Shown here piece by piece: positions 40,854-51,896 of a DNA stretch of 64,000 bases. The position numbers and the translations under genes are program-made. The stretch lies in the NCBI GenBank assembly GCA_963737265.1, contig CAVTRY010000022.1, positions 128,001 through 192,000 of the forward strand, read 5' to 3'. The notes below the pieces were generated by a model. That model searched no databases. It was not told the origin of the DNA and saw nothing but the letters and a program-made list of their open reading frames with translations. Source of the stretch: an uncultured delta proteobacterium. Lineage in GTDB: Bacteria > Myxococcota_A > Polyangia > Fen-1088. Numbering within the stretch: position 1 is the stretch's first letter; each line of letters starts with the position of its first letter.

Positions 40854-42689
40854 ATGTCGTTCGTTGTGGTTGCGCTAGCCATCGCCTTGCGGGTGGCGTG
40901 GGTGCTGGCCGTCCCCACCAAACCGGTGGGTGACTTCGCCATGTACGTCGAAGCCGCCGCCCATCTAGTCGAGCACGGCCGCTTCGATGCCGAGTTCGTG
41001 TACATGCCGGGCTACATCTTTCTCATCGCGCCGGTGCAGGCCTTGGGCGGAGGCTGGCTGGCCACCAAGCTCCTCGGGGCGGTCATTGGCGGCCTTGGCG
41101 CCGGCCCGGTGGTCGGCATTACCCGACGTTTGGCGGGTGGATCCCCGCCCACCGCTCTCGTGGCGGGCTTGCTTTACGCTTGCTGGCCCGCGGGTATCGC
41201 GCTGGCCAGCGTGACCGGCACCGACATGCCGGCCGCGGTTCTGGTGGTGGCGGCGGCCTATTTCCTCCTGCGTTTCGCTGGCCCGCGGCCCATGCTGGCG
41301 GCGATTCTGTTCGGCGTGATGACGGGGCTGGCAGCCTATATTCGTGCCATCGTCGTGCCCTTGGCGGTGCTATCGTTGCTGGTCTTCCGCGCGCAGGGCC
41401 TGACCTGGCGGGCATCGGCGAAATCGACCACCGTGGCCTGTGCCGCGGCGTTGCTGATGCTTTCACCCTGGGCCGTGCGCAATCGTTTTCGTTACGGCGA
41501 GACCTTCCTCACCGACAGCCACGGTGGCCTTACCGCGCTGGTCGGCGCAAACCCCAACACCGACGGGCGCTACTCGCGCTCGCTCAACCGGATGTTTCAC
41601 GACGTGACCGGCTTCACCCTGCTCGCCGAGCCTCACCGCGAGGCCAATGGTGCGGCGCTGGCGCTCGCCAAGAATTGGATCGCCTTCGATCCGCTTTTCA
41701 CCCTCGGACTGCTCGCCATCAAAGCCGAGCGTTTGCTCGTGCACGAGCGGGCGCTCCTTTATTGGCCGCTCTTTCGCGCCGGCGTGCTGCCGCCACCCGA
41801 GCTCGCCTTTTTCGCCCGCCATCGCGGCATCATCGAAAATGTCGCCGACGGATTCTGGCTGGCTCTGTTGGCCTTGGGGCTCATGGGTGGCGCGCTGGCG
41901 TATTTGCGAAGGCAGTGGCTCGTCCTCTCGCTGCTGCCCCAGGCGGTCGCACTCGCCGTGCTTTACACCGCGATTTTTTCGGAGCCGAGGTACCGCCTGC
42001 CGATCTTCATGTTTGTTCTTCCTCTGTCCGCGCTGGCTCTGCGTTGGCTCGTCGAACAGGCGGGCAACCTTGTCCGCCACACGCCGATGCCGGGATGGCG
42101 GCGCGAAGCCGCGCTGGCCACCGGTTTCGTTGCCGTCGTCTTCGCCGCCGCGCCGGCGCTGGCGTGGACCGGCGAGCACCTGCGTGAGTATCACCGGTGG
42201 GCGGCGAGCGAATGCATGGTGGCTGGTCGGCCACGTTTCTGCTCATGGCGCACCGTCGGTACAGCGGGAGATCTCGGCGGGGCCCCAGGCGTTGCGGGTG
42301 TGTGGGACGGCGTGGGCATCGCGCTGCCGCGTTCGGTTTCCCAACTACCCGCCGACATCGAGATCGCAACCGAGCTTCCGCTCGAACCCGGCGATTACGC
42401 CGTCAGCGTAACAGTGGACGTCGCTCCTGTCGATGCATCGGGAACAACCGCGAACGGCACAATCGTTTTCTTTGCCGACGACAAACCCCTCTCGCCCGCG
42501 CTTTCGCTGGCGGAAGTCGTGCGCGTTTCTCGGGAAACGCACACAGTCGCGTGGCGTGCCTTCATTCAGCACGAAGACGGATCCCTTCGACTCCGCGTAC
42601 GGGTCGAGGTGCCGGAAACATCGACAACAGCCTTTCGTGGTCGCGTTTGGCTAAGCGATCTGCGCGTGCTGACCAGACCCGGAAGCTAG
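40854..42689 (+). CDS. GT-C (ArnT/PMT-like) membrane glycosyltransferase with C-terminal beta-rich domain
   Basis: D..MY..AA, MPGY, PWAVRN...G, GANP, PRYRLP; many TMs. Confidence 0.7.
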   Translation: MSFVVVALAIALRVAWVLAVPTKPVGDFAMYVEAAAHLVEHGRFDAEFVYMPGYIFLIAPVQALGGGWLATKLLGAVIGGLGAGPVVGITRRLAGGSPPTALVAGLLYACWPAGIALASVTGTDMPAAVLVVAAAYFLLRFAGPRPMLAAILFGVMTGLAAYIRAIVVPLAVLSLLVFRAQGLTWRASAKSTTVACAAALLMLSPWAVRNRFRYGETFLTDSHGGLTALVGANPNTDGRYSRSLNRMFHDVTGFTLLAEPHREANGAALALAKNWIAFDPLFTLGLLAIKAERLLVHERALLYWPLFRAGVLPPPELAFFARHRGIIENVADGFWLALLALGLMGGALAYLRRQWLVLSLLPQAVALAVLYTAIFSEPRYRLPIFMFVLPLSALALRWLVEQAGNLVRHTPMPGWRREAALATGFVAVVFAAAPALAWTGEHLREYHRWAASECMVAGRPRFCSWRTVGTAGDLGGAPGVAGVWDGVGIALPRSVSQLPADIEIATELPLEPGDYAVSVTVDVAPVDASGTTANGTIVFFADDKPLSPALSLAEVVRVSRETHTVAWRAFIQHEDGSLRLRVRVEVPETSTTAFRGRVWLSDLRVLTRPGS

Positions 42690-42740
42690 GAAACGATCCC
42701 AGACCCCGCCACGCCCACGAACACGGAACAACTTGCTTGC

Positions 42741-42768
42741 GGAGAGGAGAGCGCGAGCTCTCCTCTCC
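42741..42768. terminator. GC-rich hairpin between convergent genes
   Basis: GGAGAGGAGAGC-gcga-GCTCTCCTCTCC, perfect 12-bp stem; weak U-tract. Confidence 0.6.
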
Positions 42769-42789
42769 AGCTTTGAGACGACGGCCCGA

Positions 42790-43164
42790 TTACCAGCCGC
42801 CGCCGCCACCACCGCCACGGCGACCGCCGCGGCCATGACCTTCGCCGTGATCGCGACCACCGCGGCCACCCCCGCCGCCAAACCCGCCGCCACCGCCACC
42901 GCCGCCACGCGGGGCGCGCTCGCGTGCTTCGCTGACGTTGATGGGACGGCCCTGAACCTCGCGTCCGTTGAGTGTCTCAATGGCCTGCGCCGCTTCCGCG
43001 TCGGTTGTCATTTCGACGAAGGCGAAGCCACGCGGCCGCCCGGTGTCCCGGTCAAGCACGACCTTGACTTCCTTCACATTCCGTCCATTTTCGCCGAACA
43101 CATCCTTCAGTTCGGGCTCGGTCACGTTGTACGACAGGTTTCCAACATAAAGCCTCGTTCCCAT
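42790..43164 (-). CDS. RRM RNA-binding protein with Gly-rich tail
   Basis: LYVGNL (RNP2), RGFAFVEM (RNP1); ATG 43164. Confidence 0.93.
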   Translation of the reverse strand: MGTRLYVGNLSYNVTEPELKDVFGENGRNVKEVKVVLDRDTGRPRGFAFVEMTTDAEAAQAIETLNGREVQGRPINVSEARERAPRGGGGGGGGFGGGGGRGGRDHGEGHGRGGRRGGGGGGGW

Positions 43165-43442
43165 TACTTTCTCCTCTTGCGTCTCACGTCTCTCTCTTTG
43201 TTCCCTGTGCCGTAGGCGTGCCAACCGGCCAGGACGGACGATGTGTCCTTATCAATGCCCGAATGAAGCCGCTCCTCGACAGCGTGCCAAGAATGGACCT
43301 GACCTACGGCTACCCACCGCACCGAGCCCTGGGTTTTCGGTCGGAAACAAGCGGCTCATGAACTGAGCACCGAGAAATGAACGGCCGGAAGACACCTGAG
43401 GGACTCGCTAAGTACTTTAACCCTACCAGACTTCGACGGGAA

Positions 43443-43475
43443 TTGTCTACTTTTGCGTTGTCTACTTTTGCGTTG
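43443..43475. repeat. Intergenic 15-bp perfect tandem repeat
   Basis: TTGTCTACTTTTGCG x2 followed by TTG. Confidence 0.8.
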
Positions 43476-43494
43476 GCCCTGTGCGGCGGCGGCG

Positions 43495-45336
43495 TCAGGG
43501 GACGCTAAAAGGACTGGTAAAATCGGTCGCTTGGCTGAAACCGCAGAATATCCGCCCGGGCCAGCCAGCTCGTACGCCATAGGGCGCGTAGTCCCTCAGT
43601 GGAAACGCCCAGTCGCAGCGCAGGACCTGCGCGTTCAATTGAGGAATGAGCATGCGCAGACCGAGGCCGGCGTCACTGTAGAGAGCAAGCCCTTGCACAG
43701 TGTTGGCGGCGTGTCCGGCATCCGCGAAGACCAGGCCACCCAAGCGCAACGAAGACAGGGAAACGGCGAGCGTCCGCAGCTCCATGTGGGCGAGATAGTA
43801 GTCATAGCCATAGAAGACATTGACCGGGTAACCGCGCAGTCCTTCGAGCCCGCCCACGAATACGCGGCCGAGATGAATGTTGTCGGTCACGAACCCAGCG
43901 GCCGCTGAAGCGACGACGCGAACTCGGCGCAACAGAACCGGCGTCGCCGCGTAAAGCTGGCCCTTGGTCAATTCGTCGCGCATCCCGTCGCTGTAGTCGC
44001 GGCCCTGCCAGGAAACGCCCAGGTGCTGAAATCCATCGAGAAGGCCGAGGTCGAGATGTGCCTCGGCCTTGAACAGGAAGAAGTCCTGTTCGGAGTCGAG
44101 CAAGGTGCTGGCGCGGCCGAGCCGGAGCGTCACCGATGGACCGAGCCGCTGGTCTTCCCCGAGATCGAAGGTATCGAGGTTGCGGTAGGTGCGGTAGACA
44201 GGCGTGAACGCGTCGTACTGAACATAAAGCGAGGAGGTTCGCTCCGACGGGCCGAAGTAGGTTTGCGCGAAACTCTGGCGCAACAACGGATCGCTGGGAA
44301 AGTCCGGCAAGAAAGATGGCCGATCCAGGCCGAACAGGTTGCCCACGGTGACCCGCTGAATGAGCCAAGAACGCGGAAACGATCGGGTCAGTCCCGAGGT
44401 GACGCCGCCATAGCGCAGCCGATAGGCACACGCCGCGCCGGAATCGCCGACGCTACCCGGGCTTTCGCACGTCGGAGCACCCAACGACGAGTCGAAGTGC
44501 GTGAGCTCGTTGTTCGCAATATCGCGAAAGACGTACGTGGTGTAGCTGCCATCGACGAAACCACCCCAGCGTTGCGACAGCGCGTAGAACGGGTATTCCA
44601 GGCGCAGCCAGGACGACGACCCCTCGCGCGGGCCGGCGGTAAGCTCGCCGATCTTGCGCGCCCAGATTTCATAAAACGCCGCCGTCAGGCGCAGGTGCGT
44701 ACCCAGCACGTTGGGATCGAGATAATTCGGACCAAGCCACATTTCACCTTGATCCATGATGAAAGCGATGGCGGCCTGCTTGCGCCAGCCGAAGAAGTTA
44801 TTTTCCGACAGGGACGCGCTCAAGGTGGGGAGATTGAGCGCGAAGAACTCGAAATTGTAGTTGGTATTGAAGCGCAAGCTCCACACGTCGCGCGTGACGA
44901 TGAGGATGTCCACGGTTCCGGGTGTCGCGGCCTGGACGGGCACCATGGCGACGATGCTCGACAACGGCGGATCGTTGGTGCTGTAGCTGTTTCGGTTGCG
45001 CAGGTTGCGCATGGTTTCGTCGACCAGCGCGGCGTCGTAGGGCATGCCAGGGAGCAGGATCGACTCGCGGCGGATGTGTTCTTCGCGCGTGGTGCGATGG
45101 AAGTGGTTGAACCACTCCAGCAGCCGCCCGTCGCTGGGCTGGAACACGTCCAGATTCACCACGCGTATGGCGCCGACAATCTTGCCCGCGGGTGCCGGAT
45201 CGATGGTCAGCCCGCGCGCAGCCAGCGCCACATCGACCGCGCCGCGCTCGAGCGTGCCCAAGTCGGCATAGCCCGCCGCTCGTGCGACGGTGGGCACCAG
45301 CACCAAGGCAAGCAGGGAGGCACACAGCGCACGCAT
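43495..45336 (-). CDS. Omp85/BamA-TamA family outer-membrane protein
   Basis: Signal peptide, POTRA-like TTREEHIRRE, ENNFFG, LRGYP, FADAG, GLGLR, DWAFPL. Confidence 0.8.
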   Translation of the reverse strand: MRALCASLLALVLVPTVARAAGYADLGTLERGAVDVALAARGLTIDPAPAGKIVGAIRVVNLDVFQPSDGRLLEWFNHFHRTTREEHIRRESILLPGMPYDAALVDETMRNLRNRNSYSTNDPPLSSIVAMVPVQAATPGTVDILIVTRDVWSLRFNTNYNFEFFALNLPTLSASLSENNFFGWRKQAAIAFIMDQGEMWLGPNYLDPNVLGTHLRLTAAFYEIWARKIGELTAGPREGSSSWLRLEYPFYALSQRWGGFVDGSYTTYVFRDIANNELTHFDSSLGAPTCESPGSVGDSGAACAYRLRYGGVTSGLTRSFPRSWLIQRVTVGNLFGLDRPSFLPDFPSDPLLRQSFAQTYFGPSERTSSLYVQYDAFTPVYRTYRNLDTFDLGEDQRLGPSVTLRLGRASTLLDSEQDFFLFKAEAHLDLGLLDGFQHLGVSWQGRDYSDGMRDELTKGQLYAATPVLLRRVRVVASAAAGFVTDNIHLGRVFVGGLEGLRGYPVNVFYGYDYYLAHMELRTLAVSLSSLRLGGLVFADAGHAANTVQGLALYSDAGLGLRMLIPQLNAQVLRCDWAFPLRDYAPYGVRAGWPGRIFCGFSQATDFTSPFSVP

Positions 45337-45465
45337 CGTCGGTCATTCTATCCTCCGCCGCGTCGCCAAGTAGCGATTTTGGGCGATCTTCCCTCGACGA
45401 TCTGTCGGCAAGCATCGCTCGTTGTACTCTTGCTGTGAAGATGCCGGCCGAAACGAAGGATGAGA

Positions 45466-47321
45466 ATGGATGAGAACGATCCCAGCGCCACGTATGCGCA
45501 TTGCCTGGCCGAGGAGCGTGGGCACCTGGCTCGCCTGCGGCGCTGGCTGAATCTGCTTATCTGGCTTCGCATCGCCGACCTCTTGCTCTGCGTGGTCCTG
45601 ACCGGCGAGGCCTGCTCGCACGGCGGTCACTTGGGACTTGCGGCCGCGGCCAGCGCCCTGGCATTCGTGGGCCTTTCCATCGCCATTGTAATGGCGGAAC
45701 AGCGGGGGAAACGCCATGAGGCAGTGGTGCGCTATTGCGAAGAAGGTCAGGCGCGGGTGCAGGGGCGTCGCATGGCAGGAACACCCGACGGGCAACGCTT
45801 CGCCGATGCCGCCCATCCCTACGCGGCCGACCTGGACATCTTCGGGCCCGCTTCGGTCTTCGCACTTCTGTGTACCGCCAGGACCGGGACGGACAAGCGA
45901 CGTTGGCAACTTGGTTGACCCACGCGGCGCCGGTCGACGACATCGCCCAACGCCAGCGCGCCGTGGCCGAGCTGCGCGCCCGCCTTCCTTTGCGCCGGGA
46001 CTTGTGGCTTGCGGGCGGCACCGTGCGCGAACGCGTGCGCGAAGAGGCGCTCGAAGAATGGCTGGCTGGCCCGGTCAGCCGAGTTTCGCCGGCGCAGCGG
46101 ATCGCCACCGGCTTGGTCGGCGCGCTCGGCATTTTCGTGTTCTACGCATTCGCCAACCCTGCGGCGATCTCCGGCGCGCTGGCCATCGTGGTTGTTCAGC
46201 GCCTGCTGGCGCGAAAATACCGTCCCATAGCCCAGGTTGTGGAGGCGAAGGCATTCCAACGTGCCGAAGAGTTGCGCGTGATTGCCCGCCTGGCCGAGCG
46301 CCTGCGCGGCGAGCAGTTTTCCGACCCATACCTGCTTGCCCTGATGGCCGGCATCGCCGACGAGGGCAAACCCGCCAGTCGCCACATCTTCCACCTCGTG
46401 CGCCTGGTGGCTTGGCTGGAGTCCCGTCGCAACCCCATGTTCGGCCTGTTTGCCGGGTTGCTGCTGCTGCCCGAGCAATTGTGTTTCGCCATCGAATCCT
46501 GGCGCGCGCGGCACGCCACCGCCGCCTTGCGCTGGCTTGCGACCATTGGCGAGATGGAGGCCCTTTGCTCCCTCGCCACCTTCGCCTTCGAGCATCCGAG
46601 CTACCCGTTTCCCCACATTCTGCAAACCAGCGAGTCGCCTTGCGTGACGGCGGCTGCTTTGGGCCATCCCCTCATTCCGGCCGTTGCGCGCGTGAGTAAC
46701 GACGTGCGCCTCGATGCCATCTGCCGATTGCTGGTGGTCACGGGGTCGAACATGTCGGGCAAAAGCACGCTGCTGCGCACGGTGGGCGTGAACGCGGTGC
46801 TGGCCCTGGCCGGCGCGCCGGTGTGCGCGGCCAGCATGACCCTCACCCCGCTTCGCATCGGCGCCTCCTTGCGCGCCCAGGATTCCCTGGAAGCTGGCGT
46901 GTCGCGCTTCTTCGCCGAGATCAAACGCCTGCACGCGATCCTGTCTATTGCTGCGCAGACATCGGCGGCGCAGACGTCGGCGGCGCAGAAGCCACCGGTG
47001 CTTTTTCTACTCGACGAAATCCTCAACGGAACCAATTCGCAAGATCGCCGCGAAGGCGCCGAGGCCGTGATTCGCCTGCTGCTCGAGCGCGGCGCCATCG
47101 GCCTTATGACAACGCACGACCTGGCCCTAAGCGAGCTGGCCGCCACGCAAAGTAGTCCGGGCGCCAACGTGCATTTCCAGGACGCCCTGGAGGGCGACCG
47201 CCTGCTCTTCGACTTTCGGCTGAGGCCCGGCGTAGTCACGCGCAGGAACGCCCTCGATCTCATGCGCCTCATCGGCATCGACGTGAAGGGTAACGTCAAA
47301 CCACCGGGCGAAAGCGGGTAG
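45466..47321 (+). CDS. Membrane-anchored MutS-related ATPase (domain V only); -1 frameshift near 45890
   Basis: HPYAADLDIFG in frame 1; GHPLI, TGSNMSGKST, DSL..GVS.F.AE, LDEIL.GTNS, TTHDL in frame 2. Confidence 0.8.
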
Positions 47322-47327
47322 CGAAAA

Positions 47328-47891
47328 TCACGCGGCGTCGCCCTTGGCGCGGCCCTGGGCACGCGTCCAAATGGTGAACCACTCTTCCTTGACGACCCCG
47401 GCCGCGCGCGCAACCTGCTTGTTGTCGAGCCCGGGCAGGCGCTCTTGCAGCGCCGTGAGCAGGCGGGATGCGACGGCAAGTCGATTGGGCACCACGCAGC
47501 TTTTGCCATCGGCGCCGTCGAGTACGAAGAACATGTCCTCGGCCGCCGGGCCGGCGCTGGTGGTTCGGATGCGGGCAGAAACGAGATCCGCCCAAGCAAC
47601 CGCTTCGCGACGCTCGCCCGCGCTACGCGTGACGCCCCAGGCGTCGATGGTCAGCGTGCCATCGAGCCGGTCGCGTCGCCGCGCCTCCGCCCGCGCCGCC
47701 ACGGCCCTCAGCCACGGCACCAGCGTGCACCCGACCGCAAGGGCAATGGCCAGCAGGGCCGTCTTCCAGCCCTGTCCCGTGCGAACAGCGCCAACCGTCG
47801 TCGCGATGGCGACCATCGCCGTCACGGCCCAGACAAGCGCGCCCAAGCTTAGATGTTGCGCGATCCACGTTTTCGTAACTCTCCAGGACAC
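47328..47891 (-). CDS. Hypothetical two-TM protein
   Basis: GTG 47891; two TM helices followed by a soluble domain. Confidence 0.6.
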   Translation of the reverse strand: MSWRVTKTWIAQHLSLGALVWAVTAMVAIATTVGAVRTGQGWKTALLAIALAVGCTLVPWLRAVAARAEARRRDRLDGTLTIDAWGVTRSAGERREAVAWADLVSARIRTTSAGPAAEDMFFVLDGADGKSCVVPNRLAVASRLLTALQERLPGLDNKQVARAAGVVKEEWFTIWTRAQGRAKGDAA

Positions 47892-47964
47892 CGTTTCGGC
47901 CTTCCGATTTTGGCGGCCGGACGTCAGCACATTCACGCCGTCGCGTCCAGCAGCGAAGCGCGCT

Positions 47965-49023
47965 CTAAAGAGCTGCCACCACGGCTTGGCCGGCTTCGAC
48001 GGTGGCTGCGGGCTGGCTGCCGGCGGGGGCGATGTCGGCGGGCAGCACGCCGCGTTCGACCACGCTGTAGACCGCCTTCTCGATGGCGGCGGCTTCGGCT
48101 TCCAAGCCGAGCGAGTGGCGCAGCAGCATGGCGGTGCTGAGGATGGTGGCATAGGGGTTGGCGATGCCTTTGCCAGCGATGTCGGGGGCGCTACCGTGGA
48201 TGGGCTCGTAAAGGCCGCGCTTGCCTTCGCCGAGCGACGCCGAGGGCAGCAGGCCCATCGATCCGGCCAGCACGGAGGCTTCGTCGGTGAGAATGTCGCC
48301 GAACATGTTCTCGGTCACGATGACGTCGAACGAGGCGGGCTTGCGCACGAGGTACATGGCGCAGGCGTCGACCAAGATGTGTTCGAGGGTGATGTCGGGG
48401 AATTCCTTGCGGACCACTTCCTCGGTCACGCGGCGCCACAGGCGCGAGGTTTCGAGCACGTTGGCCTTGTCGACCGAGGTTAGCTTCTTGCGCCGGCCGC
48501 GCGCGAACTCGGCCGCGCGGCGGACCACGCGGCGAACCTCGTCGGCGGTGTAGAGGCAAAGGTCGCTGGCCCAATCGGCGGACTTCTTTTTCTCGCCGAA
48601 GTAGATGCCACCGGTCAGCTCGCGCACCACGAGCAGGTCCACGCCCTTGATGACCTCGGGGCGCAAGGTCGACGCGTCCACCAGCTTGGGGTGAATGGTG
48701 AACGGGCGCAGATTGGCGTAGAGGCCGAGCTCGCGTCGGATGGCGAGCAAGCCCTGCTCGGGCCGCACCGCTGCGTTGGGATCGTCCCATTTGGGGCCGC
48801 CTACCGCGCCCAGCAAGACGGCGTCGCACGATTTGCACAAGGCCGTGGTTTCCGCTGGCAGGGCTGTGCCGGTCTTGTCGATGGCGCAGCCGCCGATGAG
48901 CCCGTCGCGAAACTCGATCTGGTGGCCGAATTTGGCGGCCACCGCCTGCAGCACGCGCACGCCTTGGGCGGTAACCTCGGGGCCGATGCCGTCGCCGGCC
49001 AGAACTGCAATCGTGGATTTCAT
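47965..49023 (-). CDS. leuB: 3-isopropylmalate dehydrogenase
   Basis: [54 protein letters not shown]. Confidence 0.97.
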   Translation of the reverse strand: MKSTIAVLAGDGIGPEVTAQGVRVLQAVAAKFGHQIEFRDGLIGGCAIDKTGTALPAETTALCKSCDAVLLGAVGGPKWDDPNAAVRPEQGLLAIRRELGLYANLRPFTIHPKLVDASTLRPEVIKGVDLLVVRELTGGIYFGEKKKSADWASDLCLYTADEVRRVVRRAAEFARGRRKKLTSVDKANVLETSRLWRRVTEEVVRKEFPDITLEHILVDACAMYLVRKPASFDVIVTENMFGDILTDEASVLAGSMGLLPSASLGEGKRGLYEPIHGSAPDIAGKGIANPYATILSTAMLLRHSLGLEAEAAAIEKAVYSVVERGVLPADIAPAGSQPAATVEAGQAVVAAL

Positions 49024-49048
49024 GGCCAGGTCTTTACCACGCCTGGTA

Positions 49049-50692
49049 CTAGCCGCGAAACGCTTGCGCGACTGGGTAACGGCGGCCGGTGCCGAACGCC
49101 TTGCCGGTGATCTTGAGACCGGGTGGCAGCTGGCGGCGCTTGTATTCGGACAGGCGCACCAGGCGCAGGACCTTGTCGACCACGGCGCGCTCGAAGCCCG
49201 CCTTGACCAGCGCCTCGGTGTCGAGGCCTTCTTCCACGTGGGCGGCCAGGATGGCGTCGAGCACGTCGTAGGGAGGCAGGCTGTCCTGGTCGACCTGATT
49301 GGGACGCAGCTCGGCCGACGGCGGCTTGCTCAGTGTCGACTCGGGAATGGCCGGACCGTCGGCATTGATCTCGCGCGCGATCTTGTAGACCCAGGTTTTG
49401 GGGACATCCGAGATCACGGCCAAGCCACCGTTGGTGTCGCCGTAGAGGGTGCAGTAGCCGGTGGCGATCTCGCTTTTGTTGCCGGTGGAAAGCAGCAGCT
49501 TGCCGAACTTGTTGGACAGCGCCATGAGCAGACCGCCGCGGATGCGCGCTTGCAAATTCTCCTCGGTCACGTCGGACGCGCGTCCGGCGAAGGCGGGTGC
49601 CAGAGATTCCAAATATGCCGCGAACATGGGCTCGATGGCGATTTCGCGAAACTCGATACCGAGGTTTTCCGCCAAACGGGCGGCGTCGCGGCGCGAGTGT
49701 TCGGACGAATAGCGCGACGGCATGGCCACGCCGAGTACGTGGGCCGGGCCGAGCGCGCGGCTGGCGATGCACGCGACGACTGCGGAATCGATGCCGCCGG
49801 AAAGCCCGATGAGCGCGCCCTCGAAACCACAGCGGCGGGCGTAGTCGCGCGTGCCCAGCACCAGCGCTTCGAGCGCCGAGCGCGCGTCGGATTCGACCAC
49901 CGGACGCCTGTCGCCGGCGCCGCTGTCGACATCGACCACGACGAGATCGGCGGCGTGCTCCGCCGCCCGCGCGATCTCGTCGCCCTTCGCGCTCACGGCC
50001 AAGCTCGATCCGTCGAAGATCAAATCGTCCTGGCCGCCCACCTGGTTCACGAACACCAGCGGGCGTTGCCAGTGGCGCGCCACGGACGCCAGCATACGCG
50101 GGCGCAGGTGGCGTTTCTCGACGGTGTAGGGCGACGCCGCGATGTTGATCAGCAGATCCGCGCCCGCCGCCACCAACTCCTCGATGGGATCCTCGCGGTA
50201 CAGACGGTGGGGCCAGAAATCGCCGTCGTTCCAGATGTCCTCGCAGATGGAAATGCCGAGATTGCGCCCGCGGAAGGGCACCGGCGCGACGGTGGTGGCG
50301 GGTTCGAAGTAGCGCCATTCATCGAAGACGTCGTAGGTGGGCAAGAGCGACTTGCGCCGGATCGCGACGATCTTGCCGTCGACGATGAGCGCGGCCGAGT
50401 TGGCGATGCGGCGGCCGGCCGTGTTCTCGGGCAACACCTCGGGAAAACCCAGCAGCACCGCTGTCGTGCCTTGCACGCTGGCTACCAGGCTGGCGAGGGC
50501 GCGCGAGCTGGCGGCGAGAAAGGCGTCGCGTTCGAGCAGATCGCGCGGGGGATAGCCGCAAAGAGCGAGCTCGGGCAAGACCAGCAAGTCGGCGTCCGCG
50601 GTCTGCGCGCCCGCCAGAGCCTGGCGGATGAGACGAAGATTTCCCTCGAAGTCGCCGAGGGTGGGGTTGAGCTGGCCGAGCGCGATTTTCAC
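49049..50692 (-). CDS. nadE: Glutamine-dependent NAD+ synthetase
   Basis: Nitrilase domain (PEL, K.LLP.YDVFDE, ICED) plus [34 protein letters not shown]. Confidence 0.95.
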   Translation of the reverse strand: MKIALGQLNPTLGDFEGNLRLIRQALAGAQTADADLLVLPELALCGYPPRDLLERDAFLAASSRALASLVASVQGTTAVLLGFPEVLPENTAGRRIANSAALIVDGKIVAIRRKSLLPTYDVFDEWRYFEPATTVAPVPFRGRNLGISICEDIWNDGDFWPHRLYREDPIEELVAAGADLLINIAASPYTVEKRHLRPRMLASVARHWQRPLVFVNQVGGQDDLIFDGSSLAVSAKGDEIARAAEHAADLVVVDVDSGAGDRRPVVESDARSALEALVLGTRDYARRCGFEGALIGLSGGIDSAVVACIASRALGPAHVLGVAMPSRYSSEHSRRDAARLAENLGIEFREIAIEPMFAAYLESLAPAFAGRASDVTEENLQARIRGGLLMALSNKFGKLLLSTGNKSEIATGYCTLYGDTNGGLAVISDVPKTWVYKIAREINADGPAIPESTLSKPPSAELRPNQVDQDSLPPYDVLDAILAAHVEEGLDTEALVKAGFERAVVDKVLRLVRLSEYKRRQLPPGLKITGKAFGTGRRYPVAQAFRG

Positions 50693-50702
50693 GTTGCGGA
50701 CT

Positions 50703-51830
50703 TTACCGCGCCTGATAGCCAATGGCTTCTAAAGCCGCATCGTTTAAGGCCGGGCGCAACGCCCGGAAACGGGGATCGTCGCGCACCTCGGGATGGATGC
50801 GGTTGCACAAGACGACGACGCAGGTTTCCTGCTCGGGATCGATCCACAGTGAACAGCCGGTAAACGACAGGTGACCGACGGCGCGGCGGGAAAGTAACGA
50901 GCCGGCGAGCGATCCCGTCGCGGCTGGTCCATCCCAGCCGAGACGCCAGGTGGAGCCGGGAATGCCCGCCGGTTGCCAGAACAGGCGCAGGACCTCGGGC
51001 GATACGATTGGAGGCGCGCCCGCGACACCGGCGCCGCGGTAGGCGGCGATCAGCGCGAACGAAAGATGTAGAAGATCGTTTGCATTGGCAAACAATCCCG
51101 CGTGCCCCGCGACCCCGCCCATGGCATAGGCATTGAGGTCATGGACCTCGCCCAACACCAACCTGCCGCGCACAGGACAGCGCTCTGTCGGGGCCACGTC
51201 GCGTCCGTGGAAGCTGGCTTGAGCGCCGTCGGCGAGGATGTCCACGAAGCCGGTACTGGCCAGCTGCAACGGCCTAAAGAGCAGCCCGTCCGCCAGCACA
51301 TCGAGGCGCGTGCCCATGCTCTCTTCGAGCAGCTCGCCGAGCAGGATGAAGCCCAGATCCGAGTAGATCGACCGGCTCCCGGCGGCATAGACCGCAGGCT
51401 CCATTGCCGCTCTTCGTACGATCGCCCGACGACCCTCAGGGCGAAGTTCCACCCCGTTCGCCATGGCCTCGTAGAGCTTGCGATGCGCGGGAAAGCCGGC
51501 GGCGTGGGCCAGGGTTCGCCTCAAACTGACCTCGGGCCGGTGGGCCAGGATTTCGAGGTGGTCGCCGAGCGGCCGATCCAAATGCAAGAGCCCGTCGCCC
51601 ACGCCGCGCATGACCAGCAAGCCAGTCACCAGCGCCTTGGTCAGCGATGCCAGGTCGTAGACCGTGTCAGCGGTTGCCTCGTGGGGCTCGGGCTCGACCT
51701 GGCGATAGCCGAACGCAGCAAGAAGACGCACCTGACCCGCCTGGCCTACCGCAACAACCAGCCCCGGAATGACGCCTTCTTGGATCGCCTCTAGCGCGAC
51801 ACGGCCTAGGCTATTGAATTCAGACGCCAT
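50703..51830 (-). CDS. Serine hydrolase, beta-lactamase/class C family
   Basis: YDLASLTK (SxxK), YSDLGF, GEVHD.NA, GHAGLF, GH..FTGCSLW. Confidence 0.88.
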   Translation of the reverse strand: MASEFNSLGRVALEAIQEGVIPGLVVAVGQAGQVRLLAAFGYRQVEPEPHEATADTVYDLASLTKALVTGLLVMRGVGDGLLHLDRPLGDHLEILAHRPEVSLRRTLAHAAGFPAHRKLYEAMANGVELRPEGRRAIVRRAAMEPAVYAAGSRSIYSDLGFILLGELLEESMGTRLDVLADGLLFRPLQLASTGFVDILADGAQASFHGRDVAPTERCPVRGRLVLGEVHDLNAYAMGGVAGHAGLFANANDLLHLSFALIAAYRGAGVAGAPPIVSPEVLRLFWQPAGIPGSTWRLGWDGPAATGSLAGSLLSRRAVGHLSFTGCSLWIDPEQETCVVVLCNRIHPEVRDDPRFRALRPALNDAALEAIGYQAR

Positions 51831-51896
51831 CCGACGCAAGTTAGCAGTTTTCAGATTGCCCATGAGAGCCATTCAGATCCTCCGAGAAGTCCAGCC

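Noticed and set aside
6290-45900. Programmed ribosomal frameshifting at the three split genes
   Set aside because: No slippery heptamers; scattered single-base indels in unrelated genes fit sequencing or assembly error better.
48740-50863. 707-aa plus-strand ORF (and similar long antisense ORFs such as 3098..5032, 9482..11098, 36266..37828)
   Set aside because: Shadow ORFs opposite well-supported genes, expected at high GC; no motifs.
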